Of a stretch of DNA of 64,000 bases, positions 1 through 13,096 are shown piece after piece. The stretch lies in the NCBI GenBank assembly GCA_010405405.1, contig MU004247.1:62001-126000 (forward strand). Reading direction: 5' to 3'. Origin of the DNA: Microthyrium microscopicum (lineage: Eukaryota). Both the position numbers and the translations under genes were made by a program. The notes below the pieces were generated by a model that worked only from the letters and a program-made list of their open reading frames with translations, had not been told where the DNA came from and ran no database searches. Numbering within the stretch: position 1 is the first letter of the stretch; every line of letters begins with the position of its first letter.

Positions 1-494
1 TCCAGCATCAAATATGTTGCTTCCACCTCTCGCAGCAGCCGCTCCAGTCGTTCTCCCACGAAGCTCAGATCCGTATCACGTAGATCTGGTCGCCAGAGCT
101 CATACCCATCGCGTGCCCAGTGTTCCTCGCCTCGCTTGCGCTTTCGCGAACGCGCATCGTAATCGGGCGCATATTGACGATAATCGCCTATGCGGCGTAA
201 TTGGTCGGGCGAGTAGTATAAATGGCACCGCGGGCGGCTCTCACCAGCAAATCCAACGCGAATTGATCGAGCACCGAGCTCAATGACTAGGTGGTTTTCA
301 TCGTCCACGCGAAAAGCGGTGGCAGTGGGCGAGTTGTAGAGGGAGCCGGAGACTGAGCGGCTCAGGGGCGTATGTGGAGAAGTAGCGTGGGCGCTGACTG
401 CGGATGGACGGGAGCGGTTAACAGTAATACGTCTGCCATCGGAGGGGGTAATTGAAGTCATGTTCTTGAAAGTTGCTGTGGCTTTGGGAAACAT
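1..494 (-). CDS. Actin-related protein of Arp10/Arp11 (RO7, dynactin) type, 5' part; runs off the window start
   Basis: Manual minus-strand translation from ATG 494 (or in-frame ATG 461) stays open to position 1: ...HLVIELGARSIRVGFAGESRPRC...LRRIGDYRQY...YELWRPDLR..., an actin-fold phosphate-1-like motif typical of fungal RO7-like proteins. Absent from the ORF track because it is truncated. Confidence 0.8.
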   Translation of the reverse strand, partial: MFPKATATFKNMTSITPSDGRRITVNRSRPSAVSAHATSPHTPLSRSVSGSLYNSPTATAFRVDDENHLVIELGARSIRVGFAGESRPRCHLYYSPDQLRRIGDYRQYAPDYDARSRKRKRGEEHWARDGYELWRPDLRDTDLSFVGERLERLLREVEATYLML

Positions 495-1413
495 GGCTGA
501 TTGAATGTTGTTGAAGCTCCAGGACGTGCAAGGCTTGGCGCTCGCGTGGTGGCTTTTCAGCCTTGTGGCCAGCCTGATAGCAACTGTACCTCAAATTGTG
601 TATAGAACACTTCAAAAGATGGATTGATTGTGGAATCAGCAGAAACTAGAAGCCATAAAATACGAGAGAGCCTCCAGCCTTGGAACACTCAGATATGTAT
701 CATTTCATAAAGTAAACATCAGAGTCATGAAAAAAGGACTCTCTTTCAAAGTTTAGCCCTCCGGCCATAACAAGAAATGATTTAAGACCCTTGAAAAAAT
801 ATTTCGGGTTCACTTGGCTACACAAAAGCAGAGCATGGTTTCTTACAACCTTGTATCCTTGAAGCCGTCTAAAAACACACCGTACTTCTAAAACGGGTTG
901 CGAATTCCGTTAAGCTTTTAGAGTGTCCAGTATAGCATTGAATCACCATACAAGTAGCCTGATTTGCTAAGATCAACAGCTGAAATGGAGGAGCTCGATT
1001 ATTGATGGCCCATCATTTTGCTAGTTGGACAGTCAGATGACACGGAATTGTTGCTATGCCTTGAGCACCACAGTCGCCATACACAGCGACTTTTAAGGCG
1101 AAGCAATAAGTAGCAGCTTTCACTTCAAGACACGTCGAAGAACCCAATACCAGGAACTCGGCCTTCGAGAAGCCCTCCAGTTCCCTCGAACGCGTTTATA
1201 CCCCAGAATATTGCTAATAATACGTCCAACCCAATGGGGTAACCTGGCCCATTGACTTGCTCGCCCTATAATTTACTTTACTAAATATTCCATATTGCCT
1301 AGGCCGCGGCGAATTCCCGCTGCCGACACCATCTCAATAAATATAGGTAGTCAGTTTGCCATGGAAGAAAATTCCACGATCTCCGCCACTATGATGCCAG
1401 CAGCTTCGTGATA

Positions 1414-3387
1414 ATGGGTATTTGGTTCAATGCTGCGCTCGCCGTCTTCGCCGGCACAGGGTAACTCCACCTCCCAATACGAAAGTCCATTTGCTATGAC
1501 TAATATTATGCAGGAGTTTCCTGTTCGGCTACGACTCTGGCGTTATGACCGATGTGATCCAGTCGCCAAATTTCCTAGGCTTCTTCCGCACTGAAGCAAA
1601 CGAGCCTATCGTCGGTGCAATTGTTGCTGTGTTCTCGGGGGGTGCAGTTTTTGGCGCGCTGATGGGTGGAGAGACTATGGATCGCATTGGGCGCAAGATG
1701 ACGGTACAGATGGGGGCGATAATATGTTTGGTTGGCGCAATTTTGCAGGCTGCGGCAACGAGCCTGGGTATGATGTTGGTGGGCAGAGTGTTGGCGGGCT
1801 GGGCAGTTGGATTGATGAGCATGAGTGTGCCGGTTTATCAGAGCGAGTGTGCACATCCGGATACTCGAGGTAGGTCAGACTGTGGGTAAGAGGAGTTTGA
1901 GGAGAACTGATTATGGTAGGTATGATTGTTGGAATTACGCAGCAGATGATTGGAGTTGGCTTCATTGTGAGCACGTAAGGCTTAGTTTGTCCGCCTTTTA
2001 CGCAAGATGTGACTAATGACAATAGATGGATCGGATATGGGTCTTCAAAAGACACGAAAACGTCCTTTGCGTGGAGATTTCCTCTGGCTTTCCAAACACT
2101 TCCTTGTGTCATCATTGTAGTGGCATTACTATTCTTTCCAGAGTCGCCTCGCTACTTGGTAGAATTGGGCAAAGAAGATGAAGCTCTGCGTGTGGTAAGT
2201 CATCCACTTCATTGACGAGATGGATGATTAACCTGCTAGCTTCATAAACTCCATTACAATGGTTCGAACGAAGACTGGATCGAGCAAGAGTTTACTGAAA
2301 TCAAAATGACCATCGAGGCCGAAAAGCAAGTGGTAGCACCGGGATGGTCACCTATGTTTATAGTGTATGACAAGCATTTTAATCGGATCGATACTTCAAG
2401 ACTGACAGGAAACAGACCACAATGGCGAATGAGACTTGTACACGCCACACTTGTTCAAGTTTTCACACAAATGACCGGGTAAGTATCTCGCCATCGCATC
2501 TATCATGCTTTCAAATCTGACGACCCCGTAGCATCAATGTTATCAACACATATCAACCTGTAATGTACAAGAACCTAGGCATTACTGGAGATCGTAACCT
2601 TCTAGTCACTGGAATATACAATTGCGTTGGACCCTTGACCAGTAAGTGAACTAGTATTAATCGTCTAATATACTGACAACCTTACAGATTTGGTGTTTAT
2701 CCTCTTCCTCGTTGACAAAGTTGGTCGAATCAAACCTCTTTTATTTGGTACTATAGGCATCACCGTCGCCCTCATCTGCGAAGCTGGAATTGGTTCCCAG
2801 ATCAAGGAAGGCAAGCAACAGACCGGACTCCAAATCGGTGGTGTTTTCTTTCTTTTCCTTGTCTCAGTCGTAAGTCGCTCCGATACCATGACAGGCACCT
2901 CTGACTGGTCCATAGATATTCAGCTTGTCGTTTGGACCAGTGTCCTGGATCTACGCTTCCGAAATATTGCCCACACAAATCAGAGGGAAAGGAAGCGCAT
3001 TTGGTAAGTCATCCATTACACTCATTGTTCTTAAATACTAATATTCCAGCAACTGGGATTGGGAACTGGTTACTAAGTACATTCTGGGCCCAGGTTTCAC
3101 CCATTGTAAGTGCCTCACATTATACCTGGACTAATTATTCTCCATACTAACACCTTCAGGCACTGAAGCATCTGGCGCCAAAACAATACACTTTTTACTT
3201 CATCTTCGTCGCTTGGAACCTAGTAGTGACGTTGCCAACAATATTCTTCATGTTCAAGGAAACAAAGCAAAAAAGTCTCGAGGAGATTGATCTCTTCTTT
3301 GGAGAACGTCCAGATCGGCAATACCCTATTGGTGTCGTCAATCCAGATAGTCCACAGTTGGAGAAAGACAGAGAGTCGAGGAAATAA
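1414..3387 (+). CDS. MFS sugar porter family transporter, about 10 introns
   Basis: Spliced motifs FLFGYDSGV, DRIGRK, GRVLAG, VPVYQSE, WRFPLAFQ, PESPRYL, VDKVGR, ETKQKSLEEID; first intron 1461-1513; stop TAA 3385-3387. Confidence 0.93.
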
Positions 3388-3641
3388 TACAGTAGAACTA
3401 ATAAAGCGTCGAAATCCCATTCAAAATATGCTTTTCCTCTAAGACGTGATTGAGCTCAGTAGTTGAATTTTGTGGAGGTTAACACTAAGCATTACTTATT
3501 ATTGAATGAATTATCATATTAATACAAGAGGTGAATTCAACGGCTTCCAAATTCCGAACAAGCATAACAGCATTTGTTGATAGTGCAAAAGGAATCAGTC
3601 TCAACGACTTCCCAGATGTCGAGTGTTTTTTCAGGGAACCT

Positions 3642-3951
3642 TTAAGCAATAGATTTGATGCCCCAAAGACTGCATAGATGCAATGAGCAAGCGGATGTAG
3701 ATTGCGCCGTGGTGGTTGAACAATCAGCCGAGTTGCAATTAGCAGTCTGTAATGCTGCATAAGATTGACCGCTTGTTGCCGCTCGAACAGGTGGAAGAAC
3801 AGCTATCTATTGTTAGAGAGTCCTTGTAGATTTCAAGGGAGGTAGGTAACGTACCAGCAGCAGTAACAGTAGGTTCAGGCGCTGCGTTGGGTAGACCGCA
3901 AGCAAAGCCTACGATGCTAACGAGGAGTGCTGTAGTAGTAAACTTCATCAT
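3642..3951 (-). CDS. Small secreted Cys-containing protein (effector candidate)
   Basis: Signal-peptide-like MKFTTTALLVSIVGFACG; intron GTACGT...CTAAC..ATAG; the 3' end depends on acceptor choice (3739 or 3642). Confidence 0.6.
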
Positions 3952-5034
3952 GGACAAAAGGTAGTAGTATGGGCTTTGATTGTGAATCGTGATAGTTGAG
4001 AATTGACTTAATTCGTGTTGAGAGTTCAATCTAGGAAATGATCGGTGGGTAAGATTGTAGAGACAGAGGACATTAGAGATATATCTACACCTCACGCTAC
4101 GATTCGGCTCCCCATGGATATAGCCCTAGTAAAAGTTGAACTGATTGACGTCAAACTGGAGAAGAGTACTTTTTTCTGGTTGTTTCTGGGGATTGGAGTG
4201 GCGTAGTGTCAGAGGGTTTCGCCAGGCCCGCATGGAGAGCAATCTCTGAGCAGTACTTGGCTTTGACTTGGAGTATAAGATCTTCTGATTGGCGACTCGC
4301 CCTGCATACTGAGGCGTTTGAATCTTAGTTATCATGTTGAAGCCGTCAGACTCAGCGCCACACTCCAAGCTTCGCCTATGGCAAGAGCTTCTTGCTGAAA
4401 GAATTGGTCTAGATTTCCATTAGGGTTATTTCAGATGTCGATCTCGGAAATTAGAGGGATAAGTGCGCTGACAGGTTTGTAAAGTGGGAGAAAAATGATG
4501 TGGTGATGGGCACTCCTTGGTGGTGAGACTGGACAGATGTTGAAGACGTTTCAAGACTTGTTTGATCACAACGAAACTTTTCACCAGCTGTAAACTTCCA
4601 TGACGACTATTGAGCAAATCATCGGGCACCGGGAAACAAATTACTCCGATGTTTGACATACTGTTTAGACACAAGATGGTATTTTTATCAAAATCCGTTG
4701 TCAATCGTCATCATCCATCAAACTTTTATGAACTGGAGACTACATAATTGAAGCTACCCGTTGAAATTTCTTGCACCTTCAGAGTCTCGAACGATTCTAC
4801 AAGTAGGCTAGTTGAAAAGCTGTCACTACTATGTAGTTGGAATAGAACAATTACTCTAGATAAGGAATCAGGCAACCGCATAAACTTCCTAGATGAAGCC
4901 ACATAATCCGCAAAGGTAAAGCCTAGAGTAGCTTTTTGGGACCTGCCACACAGACTTCATCCTACCAAAAAGATTCATATGACCAAGGACCACCATTTAG
5001 ACATTTCCCATTTCCATCCGCCATCGCTATAACC

Positions 5035-5788
5035 ATGCCCCAATACGCCGTCCAACCATGCACCATCGACGATGGCGCAGACATTGCTCGAGTCCACGTA
5101 TCCGCCTTCTGGACCGAACCAGCCTGGAAGATAATCTGGCCCAACAAAACGCGCGAATACGTGACGAACGAATGCAAGAAACGAATGCCATTCAACATCA
5201 TCACAGACCCAATCTACCGGCGCCAGCAAAAAGCTGTTGATACTGGGACAGGTCGCATAGTGGGCTACGCACGATGGACACTTCCGGAATTAGATGGCGT
5301 AGAGGTGGGAAGTTTATGGCCCGGCGCTAAAGCAGCGGAAGTGTCGGGGGAAAGGAAGCAAGCGGCAGCGGAAGCGAGTGCTTCAGCGGATTGGGCGTAC
5401 GATGGGCAAGTGACGAGTGAATTGGATAAAGCTGTTGATCAGATGAAGAAGGAGTTATTAAGCAAGAAACAATACATAGGTTAGTTCTTGATCAGACAGA
5501 ACATTGGGAGAGATGGGGCGCTGATCTCGTGTAGTTCTTGATATTCTAGGAGTGCATCCAGATGTTTGGCGTCAGGGAGTCGCAAATCTACTCCTTAATA
5601 GCGGATTGAAAGCTATTCGGGAGTTTGAAGTGAAGCTGGACGTGTTTGTTGTTGCAAAGTCTGCTGGCGTTGGAGTATACGATAAAGCAGGTTTGAAAAA
5701 GGTTGGGGAAGTTATTCAGGATGGTTCATCGGTAGGTATAGATACTGATTATGCGGCGTGGTTTTATGTATGGGAAGCGGAGAATTGA
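5035..5788 (+). CDS. GNAT family N-acetyltransferase
   Basis: MPQYAVQPCTIDDGADIARVHVSAF...GRIVGYARW; intron 5480-5534; exon 2 LDILGVHPDVWRQGVANLLL (motif A) and GVGVYDKAG. Confidence 0.9.
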
Positions 5789-6474
5789 ATGTTTGTTTGA
5801 ATGTTATTGTAATGATATAACACAACTAGCTCTCATTGTGCCGTCTCATGAGTGCTTTCATGCTACGAGGATCGAGCTGGAATGTTTCCAACTTGCTGTC
5901 TGTACATATCAAACTTGTTCTGTCAAAGTTCAGTTAAGAGATTATGTGGCAGAGATATATTTTGATTCAGGCTCATTGACGCTTAGCATCTGATACACAA
6001 CAGTTGAAGAGCCCAAATTACAAACCATGCAACAGCTCCCATCCAATATACAAAAGCCGCCAATTCATCAGCAGCGTTCCATCCAAGACCAAAGACACAG
6101 AGCAAGCAGATTCATGAGGTAGTTTAGTATACTTTAATCTTCATTTCAACACATATCTGAATCTCGCACTAAATATGCCCAAGTAAGTAAAGTAGCTTGA
6201 ACGCCAAAATTATCAAGGGTAGTCTCCAAACATAGAACACCAACGTGGAAAAAACATCGCGCAAACCCATGAGAGGTAAGCAAAGTCGCAGAGAAGAGAT
6301 GACGGAATGCAAAAACAGGGCGTTTGTCTCGTTGTAATCATATCGCCTCCTTTTTCCAAAGCCGAGCCAATATCGCCAATATCGCCAATATCACCAAGAA
6401 CATCGCTGCAAACACTCGCTTTCCAACAACTCCCTTGATTCCCGCCCATTTCATTCGATGGCTCGCTGAAGTTC

Positions 6475-8704
6475 TTACTTCGACCCACTCTTCTTGGCTT
6501 TCGAACTACTCCTCGTGGGCTGTCCCCCAATCATCCAACTCATCAAACCCCCCTTCGACGAAGACCCCGACTTCTTCTTACCACTAACGCTCGAGCCAGA
6601 CTCACTAGCACCAACCTTCTTCTTCTTCGGCGGTGGCATCGCCATTATCCCCGGCGGCATCGCGCCCCCCAACGCACCCATTGGCGGCGGAGGCGGCGGA
6701 CCTCCCATAAACATAGCGCCAAGTGGTGGAGGGGGAGGTGGACCACCAGCCATCATCTTCTTCTTGCTCTTCTTGATTTTCCCGCCCGGTGGACCAAGCA
6801 GGGCAGCGAAATCAGCCATGCCGCCAGGACCGAGGGGGCCGCCGGGGGGAGGAGGCGGCGGTCCTTTTTTGGGCTCGGCGATGGGCCACATGTGCATGGT
6901 GATGGCCATGTCTGGTTTGACCATTGTTTCCCAGACTTGGGGAAGGATTATTTCGCCGTCGGGGCCGATTAGGTCAAAGTGACCTTCGTGGACGTGTTGG
7001 CCGATTACGTCGACGTGCATAAAGGCTTGTTGGATGAGTTGCTCCATACCCTGGGTACAACAATTAGCATACTGTGTAGACAAGTGACCAGATAAGTAGT
7101 GATAAGAACATACCTTCCATGACTTGCATAGATGCCACGGGAAACTAAACTTGCGGCCAACAGCGTCCTTGAATTTGATGGGTGCTTTGAGCATGTCGTC
7201 TTGTGGACGCAAGGCTTTGGCTTCATCTTCAAACTTCTTTTTGGCTTTTTCGAGTTCTTCCTGTTTCTTTTTTACTTCAGCCATCTCTTTCTCGTGTTTC
7301 TCCTTTTCCTCCTCTGCTTTCTTGGCAGCTCCCTTTTCGGCTTCTAATTTGGCTAGTTCTCTTGCTGCCTTGACTTCTTTTGCCTTTTCATCCGCTCGCT
7401 TCTTTTCCTCAGCGGCCATGTCTTCGAGAGCTTTCTTCGCAGCGACTTCCTCCAAACGTGCTTTCTCCTGTCGCTTCTCGCGCTCGAGCTGGTCCTTATT
7501 GTGTTGTATGATTAACTCTTGTAGTTTTGCAAGTTTGTCTTCTTCAGCTTTGAGTTTCTTCTCTGCATCTGCTACTTTGGCATCTGCAGCTGCTTGTTGC
7601 TCTGCCTTTATTTTTGCGTCCTCTCGTTTTTGTTGGTCTTCCAACATTTTTTGAATGGCTAAGAAGTGAGGATCGGGCTGAGGGGTTTTTGGTTTCTCTT
7701 CAGGCGCAGGAGTGCCCTTTTTGGAATGGCCGGGGCTTGGTGTAGGGTGGCCAGAGTGGTGAGGAAAAGGAGGATAGCCTGGATAGCCCGGCGGATAGCC
7801 ATATTGTGGCATACCATATGGTGGGTATTGACCATAATGGCCTCCGACTGCCATCAGTTCATTGCCAGATGTTCGTGGTGGTACTGGCATTGAATTTCTA
7901 TTGCGCCGACTATTGCTGTAATATCCGCTTTCGGGTGGTAGGGTAAAAGGGTTTTGTTGACTATCGAGATATGGATCGCCGCCAAAAGCATCTTGATGAG
8001 ACATGACGGTTCGCGCTGTGCCTTGCCCGTAGCCCATGTTCACATTACCCCACCCGGGCGCCGGATGACCGTATGAACTGTGCTGTCGGGCATACATATA
8101 ATCGTCTTCAGGATCCATTGCGCCTTCTGTGACTGATCTGGGGCGTGCAGGCCGTTTACCACCGCGCCGAGGAGGCGGACCTGGCGGTGGTTCAGGCACG
8201 GTGGAGTAGTTGCGCGACGATTGCGCTCGTCGCGAAGGGGGTGGTCGAGGGTGACGAGTAGGTCGGCGCGGCGCTGAGCTAGGATGACGCGAGCGGGAGG
8301 CAGAGTCGGACGGGTCAATGATGGAACCGCGGTCAGCGGGCTGTGGGTCTATAAGCTCCCAGCTTCGGTCTTCGTAGATCTCGTCTTCCTCTTCGTCGTC
8401 TTCGTCGTCGTCTTCGGAATGATGGTGGTGATGATGGTGGTGGTGATGATCGGAGAATTCGTCTTCTTCGTCTTCGCTGGACTCTTCGTCGTCCGAATGC
8501 TCGTGATCGGGATCGAGGTCAATTAAGCCGTCGCTATCGTCGTCTACGGTAGAGTTGCGAGTGACTCTGACGTTGGGCGGCCTGTGAGTAAAGGGTGAGT
8601 CGCAAAGATGTCGAGAATTGCGCAGATAGGGCGGGAATGCGCAGGACTTGTTGATGGGACAGGAATAGGACAAGAAGAAAGACGGTCAAGGGGCGAACCT
8701 ACAT
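6475..8704 (-). CDS. Low-complexity/coiled-coil protein with a fungal ubiquitin-like domain (family often labelled KAP-like)
   Basis: Domain PIKFKDAVGRKFSFPWHLCKSWK|GMEQLIQQAF...DLIGPDGEIILPQVWE...ITMHMW; in-frame intron ~7051-7113; acidic and poly-His N-terminus, E/K coiled coil, Pro/Gly-rich tail. Start inferred (see findings). Confidence 0.8.
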
Positions 8705-9659
8705 GGAAACAGTGGGTTGTTGACAAGTTTAAAACGGGGCGAGGGTGTAAGAGGCTAAGGGGGGCCACAAGCGCTTTGCTGCTTCAGGAAAGGAAGGGAG
8801 GCTGAGAATAGCTCGGCAAGTGGGTGTTAATATTGGGAGGAGCGACAAGAGCCTGATTGATATTGTTTGGGGCAGCGACTCGCCAACTACGCTCTTTTGG
8901 GAGCTGAATGGTTAAGCAGGTGACTGGGGGAGGGAGAGCCAGGCGGAAGGGCGCTTGTTTGGGGTGTGAGATAGAGTAGAGTCAACAGCGGTTGCAAACA
9001 AATGCTACTCCGTACACAGGTAGGAGATGAGAGAAGCGTTTCGAAATGTCGCAGGTGGGCAAGGCAGGCAATAACCTCGGACTCTGTGGCAACTGCCAAC
9101 CAACAACAATGAAGTAGATAAGTTTGGTAGTTGTCCTAGTTTGGCACTGACTGAGTGGTGCACAATGGGCGAGCGAGTAGTAGACTCGTAGAGTAGAGTA
9201 GTGTGCTATTCGAGGGAGGAGAGGGCAGTCATCAATCTCATACAAGAAGACGTAAAGAGGTAGGTGTGGCAATTGACAACAACAAAAAGATGAGCAAATG
9301 ATAGAGTAGTAGTGGCCAGGTTGCCAGGCTCTCGAAAATCGAAATAGTTGACAGTGAGGAAGAAACGAGGAGTACTCTACCGTACCTCAACTGCATGTGG
9401 GCAAACAGCACTGAAAGCCTCAAACTGTTGCTGGGAAGACGATGGGTTCATTCAGGGGTCCTCAATGGTTGGAGGATCAAAGATGTATGGTACCGTGTAC
9501 GCAGTTGAGGGGCAGTACGGAGTAAGCTTGCTTTCAGTTGCTGCCCAATTGCCAATTGGGGATCATTCAGGTTTTTGGGTTGACCAAGGGCGGGCAATGG
9601 GCAATAGGCAATGGGCACAGAGCCTTACATCTAGTAATGTTCAAGTTAAGCGAATATGC

Positions 9660-9925
9660 AAATACCTTAGTTAATATTTATAAGATATATAGAGTATTAT
9701 AAATATAATTAAGAACCTTAGCTTATAGCCTTAAAGTAATATAGCTAAGTTATAAAACTTTCTAAACTAAATATAAAAAGAAAAATATACTATAATACTT
9801 TAAGTATAATTATTAATTAAAAAAAAAGAAATAAACATATAAGAACTTAAGGAAGAAGATATACTGTATTAGAATAAAGTCTTTTAAGTCTATTTTAAGA
9901 AACTACACCTTTAATAGACTTTACC
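9660..9925. repeat. Short AT-rich RIP-like repeat relic
   Basis: Abrupt AT/TpA-rich, CpA/TpG-poor patch resembling the 51-64 kb region. Confidence 0.6.
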
Positions 9926-12563
9926 ATGACGTTTGGTCGCGTTGAAGCGAAACCCCTCTCAGGCTCTCAACCCCAATCTCAAGCCTCGTGTATCCGACTC
10001 ACATGTGCTTCGTTAGAGTCGGAAATCCCTTTCTCGGATCCAGACCACGATTTGCAGTGAGAAGTATGTTCCGGCTTTGGCGTTATTGACTTTACCTACA
10101 GTAGCCAGCTAGTAGTTTATAATATCCACATGTCAATAGGGAGGCTCGAAGTTATTGCACTCTGATACTGACAGCACGCATTCAAAGAGCATTGATGACC
10201 ATCGTCAAGGTCCAAATAACCTGTGGCCCAAATTCGCCAGTATCAAACGGTACTGGTTATGGAAGTGATCGAACGCTTCAATTCATTGCAGTCTCCCCAT
10301 GCCAGGTAATTTTCGGTTTAGACCTCCAGATGGTTCACTTTGATACCAAGCCAACACCTTTATTTTCGCTATCTTTCATCGCTCGGAAATAGTTGAACGA
10401 GGATGTTCGTGACTACGGAACTGATGACGGTTAGATGGCATAACTCAATGTTATTTTGGAAGGTGTTTGAGCAACGGGTTGGCCAGATGCCTTTGAAGGC
10501 ACTGGAGAGCTCCCAAATACCATCAAGTCCACTTCCCACGGATAAGCTATAATTGAAAGTCCATACTACGCAGTGTAATTCTGGTTCGATGGACTATGAA
10601 AAGCTACGTCCCACAATCCATAAAGTTGTTACCGTAGCCTTCAATTTGATTTATGACGTCGGTCTCCTCCTAAATTACTTCACAGTCATCACTTCTCCTC
10701 CCATGAGTACACTGTCATACCATGAGTCACAAACAGAACAGGTAAATATCTTTAAATCAATTTCAAGCCATAACTAAGATCCAGGCCAGGAAGCCTACCT
10801 AGAAGCCAAACGTTCATCGTGCCATCCGTACTCATCTTTGTTAACTCCTCTAGACTGATTGCAAGACTGCGTACTTGACGAAGATGTTAAAATAATCCTC
10901 AGCCCGGAAAGCTTTACGCACTTCCACCAATACCTCCAGGCCTGTTCCTCCAAGTTTCATTTATGGAGAGCTTCTTTCAAATACGTCCCTTCATTAGACT
11001 TCTTTTTTCTGCCAACTAATACCTAGCAGCAGCCAATCGAAAATAGAAGGCTTGACAAAGTGTGAGAATATATGAAGCTTCATGACTCGATTTTGAACCT
11101 AGCGAGCTGAAGAGCTATTGATCATTGATTTGACCAGATTGATATAGCTGTGCGAGAAAAATGGTGAGTAACCATGGCTACCCCTGAGATTCACAAGGCG
11201 ACCACTTATAAATCATTCAGTTAATATACAACTTGCTGGAGATTCATCTGAAAAGAATTCAGTGATGCCCAATAAAGGAACAACGCAATGACTTTAAGAG
11301 CTCTCTCACACAGTTCTTCAGCCGCACAGCTGAATTTATGTGACGCTACAGAGTCAGTATCAAATCGGCTAGGTCATTGGATGAATGCTGGATCTGTAGC
11401 ACCATAAGCAATAGCAATGGTCAAGATTCCTTTACAGATTTTGCAATTAAAAGGTTAGAGCATTATGTAAAGGATCGTAGGAACATTATAAGTTCGACTT
11501 CTCCGCTCTCCATATGCTTCTGCAACGTGACAGATAATAAGTACATTTCGTTTTCTGTACTATACACTTTCTTCAATCCAACAGACCTCAATCTTCCAGT
11601 ATGCGTTACACTATCACATTGACCTACTTTGCAGCTAGCATTTTAGCTCTGCGATTGAACTGGTATCATGATCATGCGCAAACCCCAAGAATTTCCTTTA
11701 TTTTTAAGACGGAGGCTTTCGCGGAAATGAGATTGACAGCAAAAGTGCTTCCACTAGTAGTGCTTTGTTTGTGACAAGAGATGTATGTATAAGTTGATCT
11801 GCACGTTCTCGGAATATAACCTGACCTTTCGCAGTGAAATTGTGCTCGTAGGTTTTAGACTATAAGACATTTCATATGGCAGACTTATGGTTAAATAGCA
11901 TATGCCTGCAGCAGTCCAATAACTAGGTGCACAGAAGTTCAGTCAGTATAAAAGGGCGTATCTAAAGATTGTTAGCTAACAAGTCTCCAAAGACTCGGTC
12001 AATGATTCTTGTAAGTTCTATACCCCTAATCTTTTCAATCTGGTGTAAAATCATTTTCCACATAGCCGATTGCTAGGTTATGAGGGCCCATGGAATCCAA
12101 GTTACTATGATCCTCATTAGAATCAGGACACAACGGTCTTGATCTTAAGATGGTAGCTCAGCTCATACGAGTATGAAATTGTTAAGAGCATTCGTAAGTA
12201 AATACTACTTCACCGAAGCTAACAACCGTTGCTGTGTCCCCAAAGGAATATATCAACAGAAACAAAATACCACTTTGTAAAAGCCATTAGATGTCTCGTT
12301 GCATGCTGAGGGTTCTGAAAAGGACGCCAAAAGCGTAACAAGTTCAATCATATCTGGATAATATTGATTTGCATAGGAAGTTCAATTACAATAAGACCGT
12401 CATGGTCAATCATTTCCAGCATGCCCAACTAATGCCAGAATAATTTATACATGTAGCATCCGGGTGTATTATATCTGCAAGTCCATCAATGGAAATGCTG
12501 GTTGCTCGGCAGATGGGTCATTATTCCCTAGCTGGCTCCAAAATCTGGAAGCTATTACGGCTC

Positions 12564-13096
12564 CTATCGATCAGATGAATCAGATGAATCGGATGAATCG
12601 GACGAGTCATCCGAGTCGTCCGAATTGGAAGATCTCGAATCACAAGATCGTAATCTCTTGACTATTCTCGATATTAGTGACATGGATCGACTTTGTATGT
12701 TTTGGACTGCCGGTGGTAAGACACTTACAGCATGCTGCGTTGCTCTCGCCTTGTACATTTCCCTCAGTAACGTAGCAGATACCTCCATTCTTTGCTTTAT
12801 GCCCCAGCCAGTAAGCACTGTTAACCTGTTAGTGATCATCATGTCTTACGCGCCCAACTTTTGGAGTTTACTTACTCGCCCACCTGTCTAACACATTCGA
12901 AAGGTACAGTGCCGGAGAAGGTGGACCCATCGACTACCACATTTTGAATTAACTCGTTCTGGTAGACTCCATTTGCGTCACCTCGGACACATTCCAGACC
13001 GTAGTTAGGTCGAGCGTCGTAAGCAACGATAGGACACCGAACACTAGCGGCAGCAAGCCCAGTGCAAAACAGAACAGAAAAAATCGAAGAGAGCAT
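12564..13096 (-). CDS. Small secreted 6-Cys protein with Ser/Asp-rich tail (effector candidate)
   Basis: Signal peptide MLSSIFSVLFCTGLAAA; two GTAAGT introns give ...ECVRQVGDAYWLGHKAKNGGICYVTEGNVQGESNAACFKRLRSCDSRSSNSDDSDDSSDSSDSSDSSDR*. Confidence 0.7.

Noticed and set aside
14..286. 90-aa plus-strand ORF
   Set aside because: Antisense shadow of the actin-related gene.
6367..6397. CCAATATCG x3 repeat
   Set aside because: Short imperfect repeat in a 3' UTR; no evidence of function.
6494..7654. Plus-strand Gly-rich and Ser/Phe-rich ORFs
   Set aside because: Antisense to the Pro-rich and Lys/Glu-rich coding strand.
10553..11200. Possible small spliced gene (GTAAAT donor at ~10742)
   Set aside because: Could not assemble an open multi-exon frame or recognise a domain.
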